Of a DNA stretch of 64,000 nt, positions 53,412 to 64,000 are shown piece by piece. Below the pieces are notes generated by a model. It had not been told where the DNA came from. It saw only the letters and a list, made by a program, of their open reading frames with translations, and searched no databases. Within the stretch, counting starts at the first letter, position 1. Each line of letters begins with the position of its first letter. The stretch covers positions 51,770,001 through 51,834,000 of the forward strand of contig OZ024748.1 of the NCBI GenBank assembly GCA_964016885.1. The letters run 5' to 3'. This DNA comes from Eledone cirrhosa. Lineage: Eukaryota. Both the position numbers and the translations under genes were made by a program.

Positions 53412-54070
53412 TAGTTTATATAATGACGTATGAGATATTTTTGATGATTTTGCTACTATTGATAATGACTTTGATAACACAGCCATCTTATCAAATTATG
53501 ACTAACTAGTGTTAACAAACATATCACTTCGTATATGACATATGCACAATGGTTAGAGAGACAGATCGAGATTGATGAGCCACACAATGGTGTCATTTGT
53601 AGTTTTATGGATTGTCTCCAGGTGACTGGAGAAAGATCTGAGGGGGCAATCCCAAACAACATATAGCACTGTTTGGTCAGGTCTCTACAGTCTTATGTTG
53701 AGCTGTCTTTCATTTTCCATTGATGGACATGATGTGCTGTCTTGGCATGTGTTGTGCAGATCCAATTAAGGGTCAGCCATTGCTTTCTAGGAAAGACAAA
53801 TCTGGCTGGCTGGCTGGGTGGGTGACGTTTTCATTGTGTCAAATTTGGACTCATTCTATGATCTTTGGCACACTTCCTTCAGATCAAAGCTATCAAAGGT
53901 AACATGAACTAGAATGCTATCAAATATATCAACAAAATAGTACTATCAAGGTTATCACCAACGTTAGTGTCATGAAAAATGTCATCAAAATATTGTGAAC
54001 AATGATATGATCAAAAGTAGTTGTTAACAAGGATGTTAACAAACATGTTATTATTAAGACAAAAACACAT

Positions 54071-54600
54071 ATCATCATCATCATCATTTAACGTCCATTT
54101 TTCCACGCTAGCATTGCTTATCATCATCATCATTTAACGGCCATTTTTCCACGCTAGCATTGCTTATCATCATCATCATTTAATGTCCATTTTTTCAAGC
54201 TAGCATTGGTTATCATCATCATCATCATTTAACGTCCATTTTTTCAAGCTAGCATTGGTTATCATCATCATCATCATCATTTAACGTCCATTTTTCCAAG
54301 CTAGCATTGGTTATCATCATCATCATTTAACGTCCATTTTTCCAAGCTAGCATTGGTTATCATCATCATTTAACGTCCATTTTTTCAAGCTAGCATTGGT
54401 TATCATCATCATCATCATCATTTAATGTCCATTTTTCCACGCTAGCATTGGTTATCATCATCATTTAACGTCCATTTTTTCAAGCTAGCATTGGTTATCA
54501 TCATCATCGTTTAACGTCCATCTTCCACGCTAGCATGGGTTAGACGGTTTTGTTCCATTTGATGCGGGAATTAGTTGGGAGACCGTGACTTGCTCATACA
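54071..54600 (-). repeat. Tandem array of SINE C 3' tail (9 copies plus parent)
   Basis: (CAT)nTTAACGTCCATTTTT(C/T)CA(C/A)GCTAGCATTG(G)TTA units; last unit continues into the SINE body. Confidence 0.93.
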
Positions 54601-54758
54601 GTGCTTTACCACTGGGTAGAATTGGTCAGTCTGCAATGTTAATCATGACATAATATGAGAAAAGCACTCAACGTTATGCAACTCATCCTTCTTCAATGTT
54701 GAATCATGTTGGTGGTGTGGGAATTATATTGCCTCCTGTCATTTCACTTTATAATATA

Positions 54759-54791
54759 TCTATATATATAAAACTGAGGATGTCTGTGTGT

Positions 54792-54830
<39 letters not shown>

Positions 54831-55252
54831 TTTGAATCCCTAAAACTCGAGAAGCACCCAACCGAACTCTTTCAAACTTTACATGTGTATTACTTATGTT
54901 TCAGGGAGTGTTATGCAACTTTTTGATCCCCTAGGGCCCCGCATTAGGTGAAAAACTGTGTCTTTTCAGCGTTTTAGGGGTTTTTTGAGGCATTACGTCA
55001 GACCGATTTACTTGAAAGTGTAACTATGTATTAGTCAGTCTCTTCTTCATACCGTGAGCAAAGAAAATCCAACTTTCTTATGGCCTAGGGCCTGCATTAG
55101 GAGAAAAACTTCCTTTTTTCAGCTTTTTAGGGCTTTTTTCGGTTTATTTTCTTTACATATTGTCCAGGCATGCAGTTTTTCCATGATTAGGTCTGTTGGC
55201 GGCCTGCATTCCAAAATACCTTATCCCGTGCAACGCTGGGTACCACTGTTAG
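54759..55252 (+). mobile_element. Non-autonomous Helitron
   Basis: A|TCTATATATATAAAA 5' end, internal GT microsatellite, subterminal hairpin CCCGTGCAACGCTGGG at 55225-55240, TTAG|T end (CTAG variant), no TSD. Confidence 0.8.
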
Positions 55253-55631
55253 TATATATATATATATATATATATTAGAAAAAACGAGGAAGTTACATTT
55301 ACATGTATAAGATATTTATTATGTATCGGCGCGTTTCACAAAAGATTAGCTCAAGGTCACCCATAGGAGTTATGGGCAAGACACTTTAATCGACACGGGT
55401 CCATAACATGTATGGGTGACACAGTACAATGAAGAAATAAATTATTAGTTTTATGCTTGATATAGTAGGAAAAGAGTCTTAATGTTTTGTACACTATGTA
55501 TATATTTAAGCTAATGTTATGTTCAATTCTATGGTTTAAGAGACTATCAGACAAAAAAGAAGTGTACTTCTGTTCTTTTATTACCGTGCATCCATAACTG
55601 GAGGCTTCAAACAGAAAGTGTTATTATTATC

Positions 55632-55823
55632 GGTAGTTTGGCAGTATCGGTAGAGGGTCAGACGCGATGCTTTGCAGCAAAGAGTTATGTACGCCCCTTT
55701 ATGGTCCGAGTTCAAATCCCACCGAGTTTAACTTTGTCTTTCATCCTTTCGGGGTCGATAAAATAAAGCACCAGTAATACACAGAGGTAATTGCTGGCCT
55801 TGTGCCTAAAGTAGAAACAATTA
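55632..55823 (+). mobile_element. SINE A
   Basis: Full length; TSD TTATTATTATC. Confidence 0.9.
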
Positions 55824-55839
55824 TTATTATCATCAATTT

Positions 55840-55888
<49 letters not shown>

Positions 55889-55915
55889 GACCCAAGCCTA
55901 ACTTGGACACTTTAA

Positions 55916-56319
55916 CCCTTTAGCATTCACATTACTCTATATATACTATTATATTTTCATGGTGGATTAGCAGTATCGGTAGAGGGTCGGACGCCATGCT
56001 TTCCAGCATAGTTACATCCCTTTACGATCTGAGTTCAAATCCCGCTGAGATTGACTTTGCCTTTCATCCTTACAGGGTCGATAAAATAAAGTACCAGTAA
56101 TGCACTGGGTAATTGCTGGCCTTGTGCCTAAAGTAGAAACAATTATATTTTCATGGTAAAGGCTTTACCTCGCATAATTATCTCACATAATATCGAATCT
56201 ATGAGATTTCGATGTTATTTATTTTGAGAACAATACCTTAACATAAGTTTGAGCTACCAGTTACAGCCAGTTTCAACAGAAAAAGGGAGAGAATTCTGGC
56301 CAGTTTGAACATTAAAGGG
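55916..56319. mobile_element. piggyBac-type MITE with nested SINE A (55961-56146)
   Basis: TTAA|CCCTTTAGC...TAAAGGG|TTAA; SINE flanked by TSD TTATATTTTCATGGT. Confidence 0.9.
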
Positions 56320-58094
56320 TTAAACTAGGTGAAATCCATTCCCACTCCAGATCAGAACACAGCCCATTTCTTTCAGAGAGAGTGACAGAGAGTGAATTAT
56401 TAACCCCAGTGCTGGACTGGTCTTTCTTTTATTGACCTAAAATCAATGAAAGGTAGAGTTGGTCTAGACAGGATTGGAACAGAAAGCCAGAATAACTGTT
56501 GCAAAGCGTTTTATCTGACATTCTAATGACTCTGCCAATTTGCCATACAATCACACACACACACACATATATATACATTAGGTGTACGGATATATATATA
56601 TATATACATTATATATACATTAATTTTTTCATTCCACATAAACCATATCTCTACATATACGACCACACACACACTCTCACACTTTCCTCCTCTTCTCTAC
56701 AACCACCCACAGCGCCACCTACCATGAAACAGTGTAAATCTCCTCCCCATTCCCTAGATTCTAACCAAAAATTCATAGTCCCACAAACACCCACCCACAC
56801 CCACACACACACACACACTTGCTTCCTCCTTTCACTCCCTCTCCACCATGCCCCCTCCTTATTTAATTCCTTCATTACCCTTACATCTTGCAAACATTCA
56901 GTCACCCCTAACTTACTAACCCCTCCCTCCATTTGGGGGGGATGAGAGGAGGGTGTTATATCCCTCTCCCTCCTACCCCCCCCCCCGAGGTGACAGTAGG
57001 AGGGTTAGAAAATAAACAATTTCTCACCTATTGCTTTGATATACTATCAAGTCCACCCAACCCCTACCTTTTTACCAATATATCCACCCCTTTCTATCAC
57101 ACAAATGCACATAGATTCACTGACATGCACGCACACACTTAGATGCACTATTACGCATATATGCACATACAAACACACCTGCACTTACACACATACACAC
57201 ACACATAGGCACTCATACAGACAGACAGTGAAATACACACATACAAACACACACAGGCACACATACAAACACACACTGTATTCTGCTGTTTCTTGCTGTA
57301 ATACACTTTCACCTCCCCCCACCACTCTAATTCAATTACTACAACCATGGACACCTCCACCACTTAACTTATCACAACCACCAACAAAATCTACCACCAT
57401 TATAACAACCCACCACCATCACAATCCCCAACACCACCATCACTACCTATTCACCATCCCAACCCCCCCACCACTCCACCACTCCAACCCACCACCATCA
57501 CAATCCCCACCACCACCATCACTACCTATTCACCATCCCAACCCCCCACCACTCCACCACTCCAACCCACCACTCCCGCAGTCACCATCTACACCACTAC
57601 CACACCACCATCTACACCACTACCACAGCCATTACACCACTACCACACCACCATCTACACCACTACCACAGCCATTACACCACTACCACACCACCATCTA
57701 CACCACTACCACAGCCATTACACCACTACCACACCACCATCTACACCACTTCTACACCACCATTCCACCACAACACCACTACCACACCACCGTCTACACC
57801 ACCACTGCACCACCATTACACCACTACTACAACCACCATCTATACCACTACCACCCCACCACACCATTACCCCTAAACCAATACCCAACCCCACCATTAT
57901 ATCCAGCACAAACAACCCAGCCACCACATCATTACACCCTCCCTACCTTTACACTCTAACACCCACCACCAACATTATACCCCCCACCCCACCATTACAC
58001 TGAGGACGACCACTGACTACCACAAGCCTACCATTACATCACAGCAACCACCTTGACCACCGCCACACCACCCTAACATTACACCACAGCTACC

Positions 58095-58582
58095 ACCTCA
58101 TCCAGACCACCACCACCCCACCAATACAGAGAACCCTTCCTCCACTTCAGCCACACCCCACCACCCCACCATTACAGAGAACCCCTCCCCCCACTTCAGC
58201 CACACCTCACCACCTCATCATTACAGAGACCCCACCCCCCACATCAGCCACACCTCACCACTCCATCGTTACAGAGATCCCCCTCCCCCTCCCCCCACTT
58301 CAGCCACCCATCCTCCACCCCATCGTTACAGAGAACCCCCCACCCACGTCAACCACACCTCACCACCCCATCGTTACAGAGACCCCACCCCCTCCACGTC
58401 AACCACACCCCACCACCCCTATCGTTACAGAGAAGCCCCCTCCCCCCCACTTCAACCACACCTCACCACCCCCATCGTTACAGAGAAGCCCCCTCCCCCC
58501 CACTTCAACCACACCTCACCACCCCCATCGTTACAGAGAAGCCCCCTCCCCCACTTCAGCCACACCCCCCTCCACCCCATAC
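58095..58582 (+). repeat. ~50-bp C-rich minisatellite x9-10
   Basis: CCCCATCGTTACAGAGA(A)CCCC...CACTTCA(G/A)CCACACCTCACCA. Confidence 0.92.
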
Positions 58583-58814
58583 ATAATATATTCATTATGG
58601 TAAACATCCAAACTGGGTGACCAACATCCTGTCCTCTCTCTCCCCCCCTCTCTAAGGAATCAGTCAGTATTTAATGCCTGACAATGATACCTTAGACTGT
58701 GGAATGATCTGATGAACTGTATTAAGTTGACTTCACTTCTACCTCTACTACACCTTCTAATTTGAAAGGTCTGACATCCATCAGACAGCCACGAAACCCT
58801 CCACCCTTTTCCTG

Positions 58815-59950
58815 CACCACCACCACCACCACCATTGCTATTTCACCATCACCAATCCAACTTCCACCACGTCCACTACCACCACCACAGCTACTAGCAA
58901 CACCACCACAGCAACCACCACCACCACATCCACCACCACTACCACCACCACCACAGCTACCAGCAACACCACCACATCCACCACCACTACCACCACCACC
59001 ACAGCTACCAACAACACCACCACATCCACCACCACTACCACCACCACAGCTACTAGCAACACCACTACATCCACCACCACTACCACCACCACCACAGCTA
59101 CCAACAACACCACCACATCCACCACCACTACCACCACCACCACAGCTACCAACAACACCACCACTACCACCAACACCACCACATCCACCACCACTACCAC
59201 CACCACAGCTACTAGCAACACCACTACATCCACCACCACTACCACCACCACCACAGCTACCAACACCACCACCACATCCACCACCACTACCACCACCACC
59301 ACAGCTACCAACAACACCACCACATCCACCACCACTACCACCACCACAGCTACTAGCAACACCACTACATCCACCACTACCACCACCACCACAGCTACCA
59401 ACAACACCACCACTACCACTACCACCACAGCTACCAACAACACCACCACGTCCACCACCACTACCACCACCACCACCACAGCTACCAGCAACACCACCAC
59501 TACCACCACCACCACAGCTACCAACAACACCACCACTACCACCACCACCACAGCTACCAACAACACCACCACGTCCACCACCACTACCACCACATCCACC
59601 ACCACTACCACCACCACCACAGCTACCAACAACACCACCACTACCACCAACACCACCACATCCACCACCACTACCACCACATCCACAGCTACCAGCAACA
59701 CCACCACCATTACTATTTCACTATCACCAATCCAACTTCCATTATTACCACAATTGGGTGGCTTGTGTTGCTGGTAGCTGTGGTGGTGGTGGTGGACGTG
59801 GTGGTAGAGGTGGTGGACATGGTGGTAGAGGTGGTAAACTTGGTGGTGGTGGTGGACGTGGTGGTGTTGGTGCTAGTGATGATGGTGATGGTGGTAGTGT
59901 TAGTGGTAGAGGTAATAGACATGGTGGTGGTGTTGGTGGTATTGGGGGTT
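58815..59950. repeat. (CCA)n-based array followed by its inverted (TGG)n counterpart
   Basis: CCACAGCTACCAACAACA units 58867-59705; reverse-complement units from ~59765. Confidence 0.9.
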
Positions 59951-60111
59951 TCCGCTGTTAGTTTATCAGTCCTCCTTATTGCATTAAAGGTTATCAACTA
60001 CCAGATATTTCAAGGTGTATAAAGACTGAGCTTGCAGTTCTAAGCAAGTGTTGTTTATGTAATATGTGACTGGGTGTATATGTTTTTACATGCGATAGGC
60101 ATGCATATGAA

Positions 60112-60363
60112 GGTGCATGGTTTAGTGGTTAGAGAATTGGGCTTGTAATTGAGAGGTTGTGAATTCAATTCTCAGACCGGGTGATGTGTTGTGTCCTTGA
60201 GCAAGACACTTTATTTCAAGTTGCTCCAGTTTACTCAGGTGTAGAAACGAGTTGCGATGTCACTGGTGCGAAGCTGTATCGGTCATTACCTTTCCCTAGG
60301 ACAAGATCGGTGGCATGGAGAGGGGAGACTGGTATGCATGGGTGACTACTGGTCTTCCACAAC
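60112..60363 (+). mobile_element. SINE B
   Basis: TGGTTTAGTGG A box, GTGTCCTTGAGCAAGACACTTTATTTC core. Confidence 0.88.
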
Positions 60364-60368
60364 ATATA

Positions 60369-60560
60369 TATAAATATTTAATTTAGAAATGGCTTCTACG
60401 GGACTAGAACTGTTTCATTCGAAGAAAATCATCAGGAAATGATGATTGCCTTCGATTGAAACAGTTCTAGTCCTGTAGAAGCCATTTCTATATTAAATAT
60501 TTATACTCTGCTATGTATTGAGTACCTTATTTACTGTGGTTACCACGGGCTGAACTCGAG
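60369..60560 (+). mobile_element. Fold-back element family H2, second copy
   Basis: Inverted repeat ~60369-60505; minus-strand HHR 60394-60438 ttc CTGATGA ttttcttcgaat GAAA cag ttctagtc ccg TA gaa. Confidence 0.85.
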
Positions 60561-60596
60561 ATACACATACACACACATATATATATATATATAAAA

Positions 60597-60795
60597 TGTT
60601 TTCTGATTTAAGTATAAGGCCAACAACAATTTTGGGGACATTGGTGAAATCGACCCAGTGTGTTACTGGTATGTTATTTTATCGACTCCATCAGGACGAA
60701 AGCGGAAGCTAACCTCAGTGGGATTTGAAATCAGAATGTAGTGGGATTTAACTATATTATCTGATGCTCAAGCGATACTGCCAATCCACTGCCTT
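60597..60795 (-). mobile_element. Older SINE A copy
   Basis: TTTTATCGAC...GGATTTGAAATCAGAA...CGATACTGCCAATCCAC. Confidence 0.75.
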
Positions 60796-60903
60796 CAATA
60801 CAACATAATTATTAAAAAAATCAGTTCATCTGCACAAAAGTTTTGGCAAAGAGCTTGATAAAATAAAATAATCAGGCTCAGAGTATCATTAATATAATGA
60901 TAT

Positions 60904-61351
60904 TCTTATGACGTTAAAATCTGCAAGTTGCACACTGCGCATTAACATGTAATTTATCCCTCCACAAAGTTTGATCACCAGCAGCAGAGTTCAAAGAGCA
61001 AAGATCATGTCCAGTCCATAATTTGACATTGTCAAGCCATCGTTTTGGCTGTCAGCCTCTGCTTCTCTTATCAGCCAACCTTCCTTTCATGCATAAGCTA
61101 CTCACACCACGATCTTTTTATATGGCCATATAGTTTGAGTACTCTTGACAATTGACGGCTAAGATCTTTGATACTTACATCCTACCAGTTGTGTTATATT
61201 GTCTTGACTGTGTTAATTGGACGACAAGGTCACTTCAGAAACTCTCTACATTCCAGAACCAAATCATGAGACTTATGACTGGCAAGCAGCTCAGCGACCA
61301 TATCTTTATCAGTGAGTTGCTCAACATTACCAAACTTTGACCAATTACATC
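60904..61351 (-). mobile_element. RTE LINE with 5' inversion
   Basis: Minus 61150-60904 LKLYGHIKRS...KRWLDNVKLWTG...DQTLWR; plus 61152-61351 KIFDTYILPVVLY...FQNQIMRLMTG; TSD AATATAAT(G/C)ATAT. Confidence 0.85.
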
Positions 61352-61608
61352 AATATAATCATATACATTAGTACAACTACTATAAAGAGGCATTTCAATA
61401 TATATTGAAATAATCATACATAATATAAACAATATATCTTTTCCAAATATGGATGTATTTCTGGTATTCAAGCATTCATAAGGAAATATAATAGCTCATT
61501 TCTCTATGTTAATTTGAAATTAGGATTCTAATGTTAACTTTGTTGATTTGAGCAGTCATTATAGAGTATTTTACAGACAAATTGAAACTATTTGCATTCT
61601 TAATAGAT

Positions 61609-61680
61609 TAACAGTTACAATATATCTCCAGCTTTAACATCAGAGAGTTTGATGTTAAAACTGGAGATATATTGAAACTG

Positions 61681-61683
<3 letters not shown>
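61609..61683. repeat. 34-bp-arm hairpin abutting (TA)n
   Basis: TAACAGTTACAATATATCTCCAGCTTTAACATCA / TGATGTTAAAACTGGAGATATATTGAAACTGTTA. Confidence 0.9.
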
Positions 61684-61730
<47 letters not shown>

Positions 61731-61800
61731 GTATATAATATATATGTGTATATATATATGAGTGTATATATATGTATATGTTTATATATATATGTATATA

Positions 61801-61863
<63 letters not shown>

Positions 61864-61910
61864 ATATATGTATATGTTTATATATATATATTTATATATA
61901 TGTATATGTT

Positions 61911-61941
<31 letters not shown>

Positions 61942-62146
61942 TATGTATATGTATATATATATATATGTATATATATATGTATATATATGTATATGTATAT
62001 ATATGTATATGTATATGTATATATATGTATATATGTGTATATATGTTAAACAAGCAAATTATAAACATAAACATGTATGTTTTTGAAACGGTGCGCGAGT
62101 TTGAAATTAGAAATTAGAAATTATAAGCTTTCACCGTATTTTAGAC

Positions 62147-62266
62147 TAGCTTGATAGTGGGGTTTATAACCCTCGGAGAAATGGAAAGATGAGGGTTGCC
62201 GTACATGTACGGCAACACTCACTTTTTTCCATTTCTCCGAGGGTTATAAACCCCACTATCAGGCTA
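62147..62266. repeat. 120-bp near-perfect palindrome abutting (TA)n
   Basis: Centre GTTGCCGTACATGTACGGCAAC is a perfect 22-bp palindrome; arms extend to TAGC.TGATAGTGGGG / CCCCACTATCA.GCTA. Confidence 0.92.
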
Positions 62267-62300
62267 TATATATGTATATATATGTATATATATGTATATG

Positions 62301-62332
<32 letters not shown>

Positions 62333-62386
62333 TGTATGTATATATATATATGTATACATATATATATATATATGTATACATGTAAT

Positions 62387-62461
<75 letters not shown>

Positions 62462-62607
62462 GTATACATATATATATATATATGTATACATATATATATA
62501 TATATGTATACATGTAATTATATGTATATATATATATATATATATACATGTATATATATATATATATATACATGTATATATATATATATATATATACATA
62601 TATATAC

Positions 62608-62643
<36 letters not shown>

Positions 62644-62689
62644 ACATATACATATAGACATATACATACATATATATACATATACATAC

Positions 62690-62752
<63 letters not shown>

Positions 62753-62759
62753 CATACAC

Positions 62760-62822
<63 letters not shown>

Positions 62823-63054
62823 CATACACATACATATATATATATATATATATGTGTGTGTATGTATGCAGATATAAAGATTAGAGAAAGTTAATCAAAG
62901 GTATCCATCAAAACCACAATATTTATTTTTCTACATATGTGTTGATTAATGAAGATAACAATACAATTAGTTCTCAATCAACATTAACAATGATTTATAA
63001 TTCATTTCATAGTATATATACATGTACATATACATACATGTATATATATACATG

Positions 63055-63158
<104 letters not shown>

Positions 63159-63184
63159 AAAAGCAAATACAAATAATAAAACAG

Positions 63185-63330
63185 ATGACATAGTACAAAG
63201 AGGAAATATATTAGTTTTATGCTTGATATAGTAGGAAAAGTGTCTGAACGTTTCGGATGCTCGTCCTTCATCAGAAAATAGATTGAGAAATTAGTGAAGA
63301 AATAGAAAGATTGAAGAAAGTAGAACACAG
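63185..63330 (-). mobile_element. Family E repeat with minimal HHR core (63243-63278)
   Basis: GCTTGATATAGTAGGAAAAG..TCT.AACGTTTC shared with 46990-47050 and 55455-55490; minus strand CTGATGA a gga cgagca tcc GAAA cg TT. Confidence 0.65.
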
Positions 63331-63559
63331 AAACAATATATCTTACAACTCTAATTTTTATTTCATTGGTGAGACATCACATGTCAAGAAACACATCAAC
63401 TTGTGGTGAAGATAGCAAATACATATTATGTATGGTATGGTATGTTCCCGTTACTCCTGAAAGAGTCGTAGGGGCGCCGTATTAACATACAGCGTCTCTA
63501 GGGCATTTTAAGTCTGGCAGACCCCACTGCTCTCCAGGCCTGAGGACAGCAGATTTCTA

Positions 63560-63820
63560 TCAGAGAAAGTTAGAAAGTGAGAGAGGGTAAATGATAGAGG
63601 AAGAAGTACTAGACTGGTATTTTTAGTACTAGACCAGTACTAGACTGGTACTTCTAGTACTAGACCAGTACTAGACTGTTACTTCTAGTACTAGACCAGT
63701 ACTAGACTGTTACTTTTTTTTTTATCGACCTCGAAAGAATGAAAGGCAAAGGTGACCTCAGTGGGATTTGAACTCCAAGAGAAGAGAGCCAGAACAAATG
63801 CAATAAAGCATTCTATCAAT
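63560..63820 (-). mobile_element. Decayed SINE A with an internal 31-bp tandem expansion (63607-63715)
   Basis: TTTATCGACC...GAAAGGCAAAG...GGATTTGAACTC; TACTAGACCAGTACTAGACTG(G/T)TACTTCTAG x3. Confidence 0.8.
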
Positions 63821-63943
63821 GTTATAATAAATTACGTAATTATTTTAAAACTCTTTTACTCTTTTACCTGTTCCAGCCATCCGGCTGAGGCCATGCTGGG
63901 GCACCTATTTCACATTGGCTTCATTTTCCTTGAACTTATGTAT

Positions 63944-64000
63944 GCCATGCTTTCTAGCATAGTTACGTCCCTTTACAGTCTGAGTTCAAATCCCGCCGAA
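63944..64000 (+). mobile_element. SINE A running off the window end
   Basis: GCCATGCTTTCTAGCATAGTTACGTCCCTTTACAGTCTGAGTTCAAATCCCGCCG. Confidence 0.9.

Noticed and set aside
53530-53900. Complex, GC-richer stretch as a possible exon
   Set aside because: Short ORFs only; no recognisable protein motif or supported splice pair
54071-54540. CRISPR-like array
   Set aside because: Spacers are only (CAT)n and the unit is a SINE tail

Overview
Eukaryotic, AT-rich, repeat-saturated non-coding DNA. The repeat repertoire resembles that of octopus/cephalopod genomes (inference, not verified). I found no host exon, rRNA, intact tRNA or CRISPR array; almost all listed ORFs are (TA)n/(CA)n/(CCA)n artefacts. 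The window holds about 20 copies of one tRNA-derived SINE, two further SINE families, decayed RTE-type LINE fragments, piggyBac/hAT/Tc1 MITEs, a non-autonomous Helitron, several minisatellites and two Penelope-like element (PLE) GIY-YIG endonuclease fragments. The main hidden signal is more than a dozen hammerhead-ribozyme (HHR)-like motifs from several sequence families. Many lie in short fold-back elements abutting (TA)n tracts, most have palindromic helix-III loops typical of dimeric HHRs, and some have core variants (CUGAAUGA, CAGAAGA). Other notable structures are a twin-priming-type 5' inversion of an RTE element, repeated same-site SINE insertions and a tandem-amplified SINE tail. All structures were folded and translated by eye and coordinates of decayed repeats are approximate.
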